A program made the position numbers and the translations under genes. The notes below the pieces were generated by a model that worked only from the letters and a program-made list of their open reading frames with translations, was not told where the DNA came from and ran no database searches. A stretch of DNA of 64,000 nt, taken from Eledone cirrhosa. Its lineage: Eukaryota. The stretch is from positions 302,064,001-302,128,000 of the forward strand of contig OZ024743.1 of the NCBI GenBank assembly GCA_964016885.1, in the 5' to 3' direction. Positions 42,266 through 59,319 of this stretch are shown piece by piece. Position 1 is the first letter of the stretch; each line of letters begins with the position of its first letter.

Positions 42266-42338
42266 GATATATGTATATATTATATATAGATATATATACA
42301 TATATTATATATATATGTATATTATATATATATCTATA

Positions 42339-42402
<64 letters not shown>

Positions 42403-42403
42403 T

Positions 42404-42479
<76 letters not shown>

Positions 42480-42627
42480 ATTTATATATATATTATTTAT
42501 ATATATATATTATTTATATAGATATATTATATATATATATATATTATATATATATATATTATATATATATATATATATATTATAAATATATATATATTAT
42601 ATATATATTATATATATATATATATAT

Positions 42628-42659
<32 letters not shown>

Positions 42660-42809
42660 ATTATATATATATATATACATTATATATATATATATATTAT
42701 ATATATTATATATATATATATTATATATATATACATATATATATATATATTATATATATTATATATGTATATATATTTATTTTATATATATATATATATA
42801 TATACATAT

Positions 42810-42854
<45 letters not shown>

Positions 42855-42961
42855 CTATATATATATATATATATATTATATATATTATATATATATAATA
42901 TATATATATTATATATATTATAAATATATATATATTATATATATATATATTATATATACAT

Positions 42962-43041
<80 letters not shown>

Positions 43042-43160
43042 TATATATATATATATATATTATATATATATATATTATATATATATATTATTATATATAT
43101 ATTATATATATATATTATATATATTATATATATATTATATATATATATTATATATATATA

Positions 43161-43205
<45 letters not shown>

Positions 43206-43250
43206 ATATTATATATATATTATATATATATATTATATAAATATATGTAT

Positions 43251-43282
<32 letters not shown>

Positions 43283-43299
43283 ATATTATATATATATAT

Positions 43300-43333
<34 letters not shown>

Positions 43334-43429
43334 ATATTATATATATATATATTATATATATATATATTATATATATATTTTATAAATATATATATAATGT
43401 ATATATATATATATATGTATATATATATA

Positions 43430-43494
<65 letters not shown>

Positions 43495-43631
43495 GTATAT
43501 ATATATATTATATATAATATAAATATATAATGTATATATATATATTATATATAATATAAATATATAATGTATAATATATATAATATATATATATATAATA
43601 TATAATATTATATAATATATATAATATATAA

Positions 43632-44540
43632 TAGATACAGTCAACTATGCAGAATTAGGTTTAAAATAAACTAGAAGAAAATAGAATACACCAGTCGTAA
43701 GCAACTACCACACCCCTTCCAACTTGACCGCGACTACGTCACGATTTTTAGCCATTTTGAAATGAATTCTTGGCGCGATCTTTTTGGAAAATGTTATGTC
43801 TAGATATGAGCGAGCTTCCTGAAGAATTCGGCGCTCGAGTTTATATAATTATTACATAATTATTGGATAACTCAAAACACGGACGAATCCATGGTAGAGG
43901 TATTTAAGTGTATTCTATTTTCTCCTAGTTTATTTTAAACCTAATTCTGCTTAGTTGACTGTATCTAGGCGATTACGCTGTCGAAAAATTCGATAAATAT
44001 TCCACTATGGCCGACGCGAAGCGCTAGTTTTGGGTATTTGTTGAAGATTCCTTCATAAAAGCCTCATTCGTATAGCCTGGTCTATTCGATTTTTTATATA
44101 GTTAATTATGCTAATTGGGAGAGGAAATAGTATATATTTTATCTTGTGATTCTATAGACATGTTTTATGATATATAGCTCTGATTGTTTAATTTATTGAT
44201 TTTTCATTGAGCCAAAAAGTGACCAGTTGCAAAACACGTATATGTATGTGTATGTATATATATGTAAATTTTATATGTAATAATCTCCCACTTGGTTGAG
44301 ATACAAATTTGGCTGTATTGTAATGTGCTTTCTAGCAAAAATGCCACCAGTCGTAAGCAACTACCACACCACTTCCAACTTGACCGCGTCTACGTCACGA
44401 TTTTTAGCCATTTTGAAATGAATTCTTGGCGCGATCGTTTTGGAAAATGTAAAGTCTAGATATTGGGCCAAAAAGTGACCAGTTGCAAAACACGTATATG
44501 TATGTGTATGTATATATATATATATATATGTAAACTTTTA
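43632..44540 (+). mobile_element. Non-coding PLE-type insert: inverted 5' segment, 656-bp-period direct repeat and degenerate HHR (family H)
   Basis: Inverted arms 43632-43691 and 43908-43967. Direct repeat 43689-43807 / 44345-44463. CTTC-CTGAAGA...GAAT-CCATGG-TA-GAGG at 43815-43900. Confidence 0.7.
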
Positions 44541-44573
44541 TATATTATATATATATATATATTATATATATAG

Positions 44574-44696
<123 letters not shown>

Positions 44697-44770
44697 AATA
44701 TATATAATATACATATATATATATAATATATGTATATATATATATATGTATATAATATATATATATATAA

Positions 44771-44811
<41 letters not shown>

Positions 44812-44934
44812 TATATATATAATATATGTATATATATATATAATATATGTATATATATATATAATATATGTATATATATATATAATATATATATATATAA
44901 TTTATGTATATATATATATAATATATCTATATAT

Positions 44935-44980
<46 letters not shown>

Positions 44981-45071
44981 ATATATGTATACATATATAA
45001 TATATGTATATATATATATATATATATGTATACATATATAATATATGTATATATATATATATATATAATAT

Positions 45072-45145
<74 letters not shown>

Positions 45146-45153
45146 TATATATT

Positions 45154-45199
<46 letters not shown>

Positions 45200-45505
45200 A
45201 TATAATATATGTATACATATATAATATATTTATCACCAAATTACTTATTTGTCGAGCAAACCTGCCAAAACCACTACTAATTTATTGGTGTGATAGTAGG
45301 CTTCTGTCATCTTACCATCCCACTCCTACCGACTAGCCTCAGTGTCACGTGATTGATTCTTTAGAATCTGCCAATTGACCAGAGACAGCGGGCTTTTCAG
45401 TGCATGGAATCCAGTCCCCGCCAGCTGTTCCATCTACCGAATTATTATTATTTTTATATGAGTGCCCAGTGTCCGCGCATTGCCTGGAGACTTAGCGGAG
45501 AATAG

Positions 45506-45587
45506 ACTCCCTGATGACGCAATGAATTCTCGACAGTTAGATTACGTAACTGTCTTTATCCCATTGCAGAAACTAATTAGCTGGAGT
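45506..45587 (+). ncRNA. Type I hammerhead motif with extended stem II (family I)
   Basis: ACTCC-CTGATGA-cGCAATG..GACAGTTAgattacgTAACTGTC..CATTGCa-GAAA-CTAATTAG-CT-GGAGT. U16.1 reads as C. Confidence 0.72.
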
Positions 45588-45786
45588 GAATATTTTAGTA
45601 ATTAGTTACTTTTTTTAATTTTTTAAAATGTTCTTATTTTACGTCTTTTATATTATTGTTCTGCATCCTCCTGCATTGACCCACCTAGGTACTATGACAT
45701 AACCTGTGTATCTGCTAGCATTAGCGTACATCTGTACGCATATGTTAGTAGATATACTAAATTCTATATATATATATATATAATAT

Positions 45787-45818
<32 letters not shown>

Positions 45819-45861
45819 ATATATGTATACATATATAATATACATATATTATATATATATA

Positions 45862-45893
<32 letters not shown>

Positions 45894-45910
45894 TTATTAT
45901 ATATAAATTT

Positions 45911-45968
<58 letters not shown>

Positions 45969-45978
45969 ATATATATAT

Positions 45979-46071
<93 letters not shown>

Positions 46072-46072
<1 letters not shown>

Positions 46073-46900
46073 CTGGTACATATAGTTTGGTTATGTGTAT
46101 ACGCGAGTTTTGCGTCTGTGTGAGTATGCAGGTTCGTACGTGTGTAGAGTGTGTGTATATGTGTACTTCATGTTTTGGTTGACTTACGTCTCCGAACATT
46201 TGTCTATTTACATGAAGGTATGTGTGTGCTATTGTTATTTACGTATCTTTTTATTTATATACCTTTATTTAATTAATTATTTATTTGTATACACGCATAC
46301 ACACACACACACATATTTATATGTGCGTGGTTTTGTATACCTATATTAAGTGTTTTCGTGTATACTTGTGTATGTACGTATTTGTATGCGTGTATGTATT
46401 TATTTAATTTCTATTACCTCTGTATTGTATTTATTTACGTTGTACTTAACTCTGAAGCGGAGATTCATGCGGTTTCCTAGTTAGAATTTTAGTCTACGAC
46501 TTCAGCTATACCAGTTACGTGGTTTTGTCTTTGCGTGCAATTGTTCTCTACGCCCCACATATGACGTATTATCTTCGTTTTTTTCGTTCATTTCCAGAGA
46601 ACGTCTCTATGAACCACCTAAGAGAAGATTAGTCTACGAGCTCTTTTATACCATACACGTGGTTCTGTCTTTGCCCGTAATTGTTTTTCACCGCTCCTAT
46701 TAATGCCTTATTATATTCGTTTTTTCCCGTTCTTTGCCAGGGAACGTTTCCACGAACCAAAGTATCGTCTTCCTGTCTTCCTCCGGTTGAAACGTTTTTT
46801 GAAATATCCCCTTCTGCGTTTACAGATTGACTTTGTTAGTTTCAGAAGATCCCGAAAGCAGCGATTATTTGCTTAAACTTTAATCTGTTATTTTAATAAA
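46072..46900 (+). mobile_element. Family A PLE 3' UTR copy; HHR at 46838-46879 has lost stem II
   Basis: Collinear with 29-835. Reads CAGAAGATCCC-GAAAGCA. Confidence 0.85.
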
Positions 46901-46912
46901 TATATATATATT

Positions 46913-47108
<196 letters not shown>

Positions 47109-47802
47109 TATTCTTTTAGTATTGTAGTATTCTATAATATTTTTATTTTTTATTTTATTTTATTTTTACTTTTAATATTTTTATATGTAAATTTTTATTT
47201 TTAATATTTTTTATATGTAAAGTTTTAATACGTAATATTTTTAATACGTAGTATTTTTAATATGCAATATTTTTATTATGTAATATTCTTTCGTAATATT
47301 CTTTTTTTTAGTTTTCTTTTCTATATTTTTATATATTTTTACTTATTATCATTATTATTATTATCTTTGCTTATAATATAATATATATTTTGGATTAGTA
47401 TATTGAAATCTGCTCTCTATTTCTGCTTGATAGATAATCTTGTAGAGTAATCGCAAGAATAATAATACGCTCAAATTTTTATACCACATTGAGAATGTTT
47501 TCCGGTAACTTTGAATTTGCGGAGTGAATCAGTTGGATTCACATTGATGTCTGTAGCTGTCACATAGACATATGAATTTAAAAAAAAAACTAAACATAAG
47601 ATAATGAATTTTCACGCATTGTGAATACTTGTTTCATTCAGGAATACTGATATTTACAATATAGTGTAAGTTTTATAAATACTAATACATTAAAACATAG
47701 GGTTTTCTACGCCTCGAATATGTCTGGCTATTTTTAAATTTTTTTCTCTCTCTATATCTCTCTATATCTCTCTATATATCTCCCTTACATTAATACTTGA
47801 GC

Positions 47803-47841
<39 letters not shown>

Positions 47842-48205
47842 ATGCATCATTGATACACTTACTCAAAATGACCTCCCACTACCTAATTTTTCTATATCTA
47901 TATTTATATATGTATCTTTCTCTATTTCCTCTCTCTCTCTATATATATATATCACTTTCTGTCTCTTTACATGAAGCTTTTCGCTTTATCTATTTTTCCA
48001 TCTCTCTATTTTGTCCCATGCATTTCTTCTTTTTCTTCTTTTTCTTCCTTTTCTTCGTTTTGTCTTTCTTTCTTTCTTATTTCCCTCTTTTCTTTCTCTC
48101 TTTCTTTCTCTCTGTATTTTCACTGCTAGAGAAAACCTCTTCAAATGAAGTTGATGTTTATTACGGTATGTCGAATATATTTATCTATAAAACTGTTTAT
48201 ATTGT

Positions 48206-48269
48206 ATTTTGTCTGATGAAGGCATAGCATATTGTTAATATGATATCCCCGAAATATATATAATGAAAT
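48206..48269 (+). ncRNA. Type I hammerhead motif, intact core (family D)
   Basis: ATTTTGT-CTGATGA-aggcatagCATATTgttAATATGatatcccc-GAAA-TATATA-TA-ATGAAAT. Confidence 0.72.
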
Positions 48270-48656
48270 AAATATGGTTTTATAAATATAGTTTTCCATT
48301 TATTTAATATTGTATATATATATATATATATATATGTTATATATATACATATATATATATTATATATATATGTATATATAGAATGTAAGCTACAAAGAGA
48401 GAGAGAGAATGAGAGTGAAAGAAAGAGACAGGCTACAAGAGGGGGATAGTGGGTAGGAGAGAGAGAGTGAAAGACGTCCTCTTTTGATACTGTCAAAGAT
48501 ACAATGACGTATAACTATTCACATGTCTGTGTGTGTGAGTGTGTGTGTGTGTGAGCGTTCCAATAAGAGTAAAATCTATTAACATGTGAGTCTGTGTATG
48601 TGCACATATGCGTGTGTGCGTTTGCCATATGTATATGTGTCTGTATCTGTATACAC

Positions 48657-48781
<125 letters not shown>

Positions 48782-48909
48782 TAATAAATAATATATATAT
48801 ATAATATATATATATATAATATATATATATATATAATATATAATATATAATATAATATATATATAATATATATAATATATAATATATAATATATATATAT
48901 AATATATAA

Positions 48910-49030
48910 TTGTTTCTACGTTAGGCACAAGGCCAGCAATTAACCAGTGCATTACTGGTACTTTATTTTATCGACCTCGTAAGGACGAAAGGCAAAGTTA
49001 ACCTCAGCGGGATTTGAACTCAGAATGGCA
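48910..49030 (-). mobile_element. Partial SINE
   Basis: Consensus 3' two-thirds of the SINE. Confidence 0.85.
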
Positions 49031-49817
49031 ATATAATATATAATATATAATATATATATATAATATATAATATATATAATATATAATATATATAATATAT
49101 AATATATAATATATATATATATTATATATTATATATATATATTATATATTATATATATATATTATATATTATATATATATATATTATATATATATATTAT
49201 ATATCATATATATATATTATATATTATATATATATATATATATTATATATATATATATATTATATATATATATTATATATTGTATATATATATTATATAT
49301 TATATATATATATATATATATATTATTATATATTATATATATATATTATATATTATATATTATATATTATATATATTATATATTATATATATTATATATT
49401 ATATATATATATTATATATTATATGCATATATTATATATATATATTATATATATATATTATATATTATATATATTATATATTATATATATATTATATTAT
49501 ATATTATATATTATATATATATATATATATTATATATATATATATTGTATATATATATTATTTATTATATATTATATATGATATATTATATATATATATT
49601 ATATTATATATATATATTATATATTATATTTTTATATATATTATATATTAAATATATATATATATTATATTATATACATATATTACATATATATTATATA
49701 TTATATATATACTATATATTATATATTATATATTATATATATATATTATATATCATATATATATTATATATTGTATATATATATTATACATATATTATAT
49801 ATTATATATATATATTT

Positions 49818-49860
<43 letters not shown>

Positions 49861-49984
49861 TATATATACTATATATTATATATTATATACTATATATATA
49901 TATTATATATTATATATATATATTATATATTATATATTATATATTATATATTATATATATATATATAATATATATTATATATAT

Positions 49985-50026
<42 letters not shown>

Positions 50027-50040
50027 ATATACTATATATC

Positions 50041-50083
<43 letters not shown>

Positions 50084-50101
50084 TATATATATATATTATA
50101 G

Positions 50102-50213
<112 letters not shown>

Positions 50214-50841
50214 TATATATATATATATTATATATTATATATATATATATTATATATATATATCATATATTATATATTATATATTGTATATTATATATAT
50301 TATATATTATATATATATATTATATATTATATATATATATGATATATAATTTGTATATATTATATTATATATATTTATATTATATATTATATATATATTA
50401 TATATTACTTACATATACATTATATATTATATATTATATATATATTATATATTATATATATATATTATATATTATATATTATATATATATATTATATATT
50501 ATATATATATATATATTATATATTATATATATATTATATATATATATTATAGATTATATATATATTATATATTTATATTATATATATATATTATATATTA
50601 TATATATATATATTATATATTACATATATATGTAATATATATTATATATATTATATATTATATATATATATTATATATTATATATATATATTACATATTA
50701 TATATATATATTATATATTATATATATATATATTATATATTATATATATACATATATATATATTATATATATATATATATACATATATATACATATATAT
50801 ATAATATATAATATATATATATAATATATAATATATAAATA

Positions 50842-50918
<77 letters not shown>

Positions 50919-50929
50919 ATATATATATA

Positions 50930-50976
<47 letters not shown>

Positions 50977-50984
50977 ATATATAT

Positions 50985-51015
<31 letters not shown>

Positions 51016-51017
51016 TT

Positions 51018-51076
<59 letters not shown>

Positions 51077-51104
51077 ACATATACATATATATATATATAT
51101 ATTT

Positions 51105-51218
<114 letters not shown>

Positions 51219-51243
51219 TATATATATATACATATATACAAAT

Positions 51244-51905
51244 ATCTCTCTTGGTTTTCCATCGGAAATGATGATGACAACTTCTTTATTGTTCTTCCCG
51301 TCTGCCATGGCACGAATGTGGCTGTGAAGGCCGATCCTTGAATTACAGGACTGGGGACAATGGGGGCAGGGGAAGAGACCGGATTCAGACTGGCAACTTC
51401 CTGAGGTTACCTCCATCTGTTAACTACGTCTATTGCCTTGGCCGGAGATATTTTGGAGGGCTAAAGAAGAAACCTGTGCGGGAAAGGTTTATAGTGTGTG
51501 TGTGGGGGGTGGGCTGTGCAAAGTGACTGTCACCCCTCACTCGGCCGCAAAAGCCGGAGGACCGTCACGACCAGGGACTTTCTTGGCTGCAGTGGATGAC
51601 CGCGACGTATATAGTGCCTTGCCGTGCCCTAGCGCTCCACAGCGCTTGCTGTTGCCGCCTTCGTGACCGTTAGGATGATATTCTCCACCTCCACTCACTC
51701 TGCCGTGTCACTGGGGGGTTTCATACCTGTCAGGCTACTCTCAACATGGTTCAGCCCGCCAGCCAAGGCGGTGTACCGGAGTGTGGCCGCTGTCCCATGC
51801 TACATATTCTTGGGGCCACAGATGGGACCCAATTTCAGATGGGACCCAATGCAGGACAAGCTGTCCTGAAAAGGGCATGTCTAGCCCCCCGCATAGGTAC
51901 ATGCC
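51244..51905 (-). mobile_element. Non-autonomous RTE-like derivative, copy 1
   Basis: Minus-strand [21 protein letters not shown] (RTE C-terminal zinc-finger-like motif), then a short 3' UTR with CATC..GATG hairpin and TA. Confidence 0.65.
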
Positions 51906-51962
51906 CCTCCATACATATATATACGTATACAGAGGTACATGCCCCGCCATACATGTATATAC

Positions 51963-52028
<66 letters not shown>

Positions 52029-52111
52029 GAGGATATAATATATATATATGTATATATATATATATAAAACAGAGGATATAATAAATATATATATATGTAT
52101 ATATATATAAT

Positions 52112-52206
<95 letters not shown>

Positions 52207-53468
52207 TATATATAATATATATATATATACAATATATATATAGATATATATATCTTTCTTTCATTCTCATTCTCTTTTCTCTTTGTAGCTTACATTCTAT
52301 CGAAAAACGCTGTGACGAATGGGAGAAGGATGAAGATGAGAAAAAAGTCACTTCGTCACTTCGCCTCACCGTTTCTTTCTCTCTCCTCACACTCCCTCAT
52401 TATGTAGAGACATTGGTCACTTCTCTAATTCGATCCCTAGGACAGAATAATTTAAAATTTTGTTTTGCTCAAAACACTTCCGGGGTCATATTTATTACAC
52501 GTGTAAAGTTTGAAAAACAACCATTGGGTACTTTTCCAGTTTTAGGGAAACAGACACACATACATCCCCTGTTTTATATATATAGATATTATATATATAT
52601 ATATTATATATTATATTAATATATATTATATATATATATATTATATATTATATATATATATTATATATTATATATATATATTATATATTATATATATATA
52701 TATATTATATATATATATTATATATCATATATATATATTATATATTATATATATATATATATTATATATATATATATTATATATGTATATTATATATTGT
52801 ATATATATATTATATATTATATATATATATATATACTATTATATATTATATATATATATTATATATTATATATTATATATTATATATATTATATATTATA
52901 TATATTATATATTATATATATATATAATATATTATATGCATATATTATATATATATATATTATATATTATATATATATATTATATATTATATATTATATA
53001 TATTATATATTATATATATATATATTATATTATATATTATATATTATATATATATATATATATTATATATATATATATTATATATATATATTATTTATTA
53101 TATATTATATATGATATATTATATATATATATTATATTATATATATATATATATATTATATTTTTATATATATTATATATTATATATATATATATTATAT
53201 TATATACATATATTATATATATATTATATATTATATATATACTATATATTATATATTATATATTATATATATATATATTATATATCATATATATATTATA
53301 AATTGTATATATATATTATACATATATTATATATTATATATATATATTTTATATTATATATATATATATATATATATATTAATATATAATATATATATTA
53401 TATATATATTATATATTATATATACTATTATATAATAAATATTCTATATATAATTATATATAATATAT

Positions 53469-53500
<32 letters not shown>

Positions 53501-53532
53501 AATATATATATTATATATTATATATATATATA

Positions 53533-53569
<37 letters not shown>

Positions 53570-54154
53570 TATTATATATATATATATTATAGATTATATA
53601 TATATATATTATATATATTTATCATATATTATATATTATATATTATATATTATATATATTATATATTATATATATATATTATATATTATATATATATATG
53701 ATATATAATTTTTATATATTATATTATATATATTTATATTATATATTATATATATATTATATATTACATACATATACATTATATATTATATATTATATAT
53801 ATATATATTATATATTATATATATATAGTATATATTATATATATATATTATATATTATATATATATATATATTATATATTATATATATATTATATATATA
53901 TTATAGATTATATATATATTATATATTATATATATATATTATATATATATATTATATATTATATATATATATATTATATATTACATATATATATAATATA
54001 TATTATATATATTATATATTATATATTATATATATATATTTTATATTATATATATATATTATATATTATATATATATATTATATATTATATATATACATA
54101 TATATATATTATATATTATATATATATATATTATATATTATATATATACATATA

Positions 54155-54185
<31 letters not shown>

Positions 54186-54246
54186 CATATATATATAATA
54201 TATAATATATAATATATATATATAATATATAATATATAAATATGTA

Positions 54247-54283
<37 letters not shown>

Positions 54284-54284
54284 C

Positions 54285-54350
<66 letters not shown>

Positions 54351-54363
54351 TATATATAGTATA

Positions 54364-54455
<92 letters not shown>

Positions 54456-54463
54456 TATATACT

Positions 54464-54517
<54 letters not shown>

Positions 54518-54524
54518 GTATATG

Positions 54525-54556
<32 letters not shown>

Positions 54557-54597
54557 ACATATTTATATATTATATATTATATATATATATTATATAT

Positions 54598-54695
<98 letters not shown>

Positions 54696-54707
54696 CATAT
54701 ATACATA

Positions 54708-55385
54708 TATCTCTCTTGGTTTTCCATCGGAAATGATGATGACAACTTCTTTATTGTTCTTCCCGTCTGCCATGGCACGAATGTGGCTGTGAAGGCCGAT
54801 CCTTGAATTACAGGACTGGGGACAATGGGGGCAGGGGAAGAGACCGGAGTCAGACTGGCAACTTCCAGAGGTTACCTCCATCTGTTAACTCCGTCTATTG
54901 CCTTGGCCGGAGGTCTTTTGGAGGGCTAAAGAAGAAACCTGTGCGGGAAAGGTTTATAGTGTGTGTGTGCGTGGGGGGGGGGGGGGGGGCGCTGTGCAAC
55001 GTGACTGTCACCCGCCACTCGGCCGCAAAAGCTTGAGGACCGTCACGACCAGGGACTTTCTTGGCTACAGTGGATGACCGCGACGTATATAGTGCCTTGC
55101 CGTGCCCTAGCGCTCCACAGCGCTTCCTGTTGCCGCCTTCGTGACCGTTGGGATGATATTCTCCACCTCCACTCACTCTGCCGTGTCACTGGGGGGTTTC
55201 ATACCTGTCAGGCTACTCTCAACATGGTTCAGCCCGCCAGCCAAGGCGGTGTACCGGAGTGTGGCCGCTGTCCCGTGCTACATATTCTTGGGGCCACAGA
55301 TGGGACCCAATTTCAGATGGGACCCAATGCAGGACAAGCTGTCCTGAAAAGGGCATGTCTAGCCCCCCGCATAGGTACATGCCCC
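54708..55385 (-). mobile_element. Non-autonomous RTE-like derivative, copy 2
   Basis: Near-identical to copy 1. Confidence 0.65.
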
Positions 55386-55440
55386 TCCATACATATATAT
55401 ACGTATACAGAGGTACATGCCCCGCCATACATGTATATAC

Positions 55441-55756
<316 letters not shown>

Positions 55757-55839
55757 GAGGATATAATATATATATATGTATATATATATATATAAAACAG
55801 AGGATATAATATATATATTTATATGTATATATATATAAT

Positions 55840-55891
<52 letters not shown>

Positions 55892-56861
55892 CAATATATA
55901 TATAGATATATATATCTTTCTTTCATTCTCATTCTCTTTCTGTCTTTGTAGCTTACATTCTATCGAAAAACGCTGTGACGAATGGGAGAAGGAGGAAGAT
56001 GAGAAAAAAGTCACTTCGTCACTTCGCCTCACCGTTTCTTTCTCTCTCCTCACACTCCCTCATTATGTAGAGACATTGGTCACTTCTCTAATTCGATCCC
56101 TAGGACAGAATAATTTGAAATTTTGTTTTGCTCAAAACACTTCCGGGGTCATATTTATTACACGTGTAAAGTTTGAAAAACAACCATTGGGTACTTTTCC
56201 AGTTTTAGGGAAACAGACACACATACATCCCCTGTTTTATATATATATAGATATTATATATATATATATTATATATTATATTAATATATATTATATATAT
56301 ATATATTATATATTATATATATATATTATATATTATATATATATATTATATATTATATATATATATATATATTATATATATATATATTATATATCATATA
56401 TATATATTATATATTATATATATATATATATTATATATATATTTATTATATATGTATATTATATATTGTATATATATATTATATATTATATATATATATA
56501 TATATATACTATTATATATTATATATATATATTATATATTATATATTATATATTATATATATTATATATTATATATATATATATTATATATATATATATT
56601 ATATATATATATTATTTATTATATATTATATATGATATATTATATATATATATTATATTATATATATATATATATATATTATATTTTTATATATATTATA
56701 TATTATATATATATATATTATATTATATACATATATTATATATATATTATATATTATATATATACTATATATTATATATTATATATTATATATATATATT
56801 ATATATCATATATATATTATATATTGTATATATATATTATACATATATTATATATTATATA

Positions 56862-57049
56862 GGGCGGTGAATTGGCAGTATCGGTAGAGGGTCGGACGCC
56901 ATGCTTTGACGCATAGATATACGGCCCTTGCCATTCTGAGTTCAAATCCCGCCGAGGTTAACTTTGCCTTTCATCCTTACGGGGGTCGATAAAATAAAGT
57001 ACCAGTAATACACTGGGAAATTGCTGGCCTTGTGCCAAAAGTAGAAACA
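56862..57049 (+). mobile_element. Young full-length SINE with 15-bp TSD
   Basis: A box TGGCAGTATCGG and B box GTTCAAATCC. ATTATATATTATATA at 56847-56861 and 57050-57064. Confidence 0.93.
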
Positions 57050-57075
57050 ATTATATATTATATATATATATATTT

Positions 57076-57114
<39 letters not shown>

Positions 57115-57200
57115 TATATATACTATATATTATATATTATATACTATATATATACTATATATTATATATATATATTATATATATATATATACTATATATC

Positions 57201-57232
<32 letters not shown>

Positions 57233-57827
57233 TAGATATTATATATATATATATTAGATATTAGATATATATATATTATAGATTATATATATATATATTA
57301 TATATATATATCATATATTATATATTATATATTATATATTATATATATTATATATTATATATATATATTATATATTATATATATATATGATATATAATTT
57401 TTATATATTATATTATATATATTTATATTATATATTACATACATATACATTATATATTATATATTATAAATATATATTATATATTATATATATATATTAT
57501 ATATTATATATATATTATATATTATATATATATATATATATTATATATTATATATATATTATATATATATATTATAGATTATATATATATTATATATTAT
57601 ATATATATATTATATATATATATTATATATTATATATATATATATTATATATTACATATATATATAATATATATTATATATATTATATATTATATATTAT
57701 ATATATATATTTTATATTATATATATATATTATATATTATATATATATATATTATATATTATATATATACATATATATATATTATATATTATATATATAT
57801 ATATCATATATTATATATATACATATA

Positions 57828-57870
<43 letters not shown>

Positions 57871-57924
57871 TATATAATATATAATATATAATATATATAT
57901 ATAATATATAATATATAAATATGT

Positions 57925-57956
<32 letters not shown>

Positions 57957-57975
57957 CATATACATATATATATAT

Positions 57976-58007
<32 letters not shown>

Positions 58008-58020
58008 CATATATACATAT

Positions 58021-58685
58021 ATCTCTCTTGGTTTTCCATCGGAAATGATGATGACAACTTCTTTATTGTTCTTCCCGTCTGCCATGGCACGAATGTGGGT
58101 GTGAAGGCCGATCCTTGAATTACAGGACTGGGGACAATGGGGGCAGGGGAAGAGACCGGAGTCAGACTGGCAACTTCCAGAGGTTACCTCCATCTGTGAA
58201 CTCCGTCTATTGCCTTGGCCGGAGGTCTTTTGGAGGGCTAAAGAAGAAACCTGTACGGGAAAGGTTTATAGTGTGTGTGTGTGGGGGGGGGCTGTGCAAA
58301 GTGACTGTCACCCCCCACTCGGCCGCAAAAGCTTGAGGACCGTCACGACCAGGGACTTTCTTGGCTACAGTGGATGACCGCGACGTATATAGTGCCTTGC
58401 CGTGTCCTAGCGATCCACAGCGCTTGCTGTTGCCGCCTTCGTGACCGTTGGGATGATATTCTCCACCTCCACTCACTCTGCCGTGTCACTGGGGGGTTTC
58501 ATACCTGTCAGGCTACTCTCAACATGGTTCAGCCCGCCAGCCAAGTCGGTGTACCGGAGTGTGGCCGCTGTCCCATGCTACATATTCTTGGGGCCACAGA
58601 TGGGACCCAATTTCAGATGGGACCCAATGCAGGACAAGCTGTCCTGAAAAGGGCATGTCTAGCCCCCCGCATAGGTACATGCCCC
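58021..58685 (-). mobile_element. Non-autonomous RTE-like derivative, copy 3
   Basis: Near-identical to copies 1 and 2. Confidence 0.65.
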
Positions 58686-58740
58686 TCCATACATATATAT
58701 ACGTATACAGAGGTACATGCCCCGCCATACATATATATAC

Positions 58741-58842
<102 letters not shown>

Positions 58843-59319
58843 AAATGTAAACATTTATAAACGGGTAAATGGCACTAGAGAGAGAGGGTGAGTGAGCGAA
58901 GGAGAGATATTGTGTTATAGTATTTGTTATAGTAGTAACAATTTTAAAACGTGTATCCATGTTATAATATATGGATGTCATAAATTCTGTTTATTGCATG
59001 TTTCTTGTGAATAACTTCAGTTTTCATTAGTTGAAAAAATGTTACTATGACCAGTCACATGTTTTCTATTTCTATATTTTGGGATGTGTTATAATAAATA
59101 CTGGGCATATTGCATCAAGATGCGTAATTATTAGGTTGACATTGTGAACAATAATTATAATTGATACTTTCAGATTTTAAATCTGTAGATTTTGTGTTTT
59201 GAAATCAAATGTTTTGATGTGTTTGCATATCTTTATCTTCCCTAAACTTACTCGGTCACGTTTATGTTAAACCCTTTTACGTAGAGACCTAAATAACCAC
59301 CTCTTCTTAGCAGTACGTT

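Noticed and set aside
51690-51900. HDV-like ribozyme at the 5' end of the minus-strand RTE derivative
   Set aside because: P2-like and P4-like pairings and CTGAA are present, but P3/L3 and P1.1 could not be placed.
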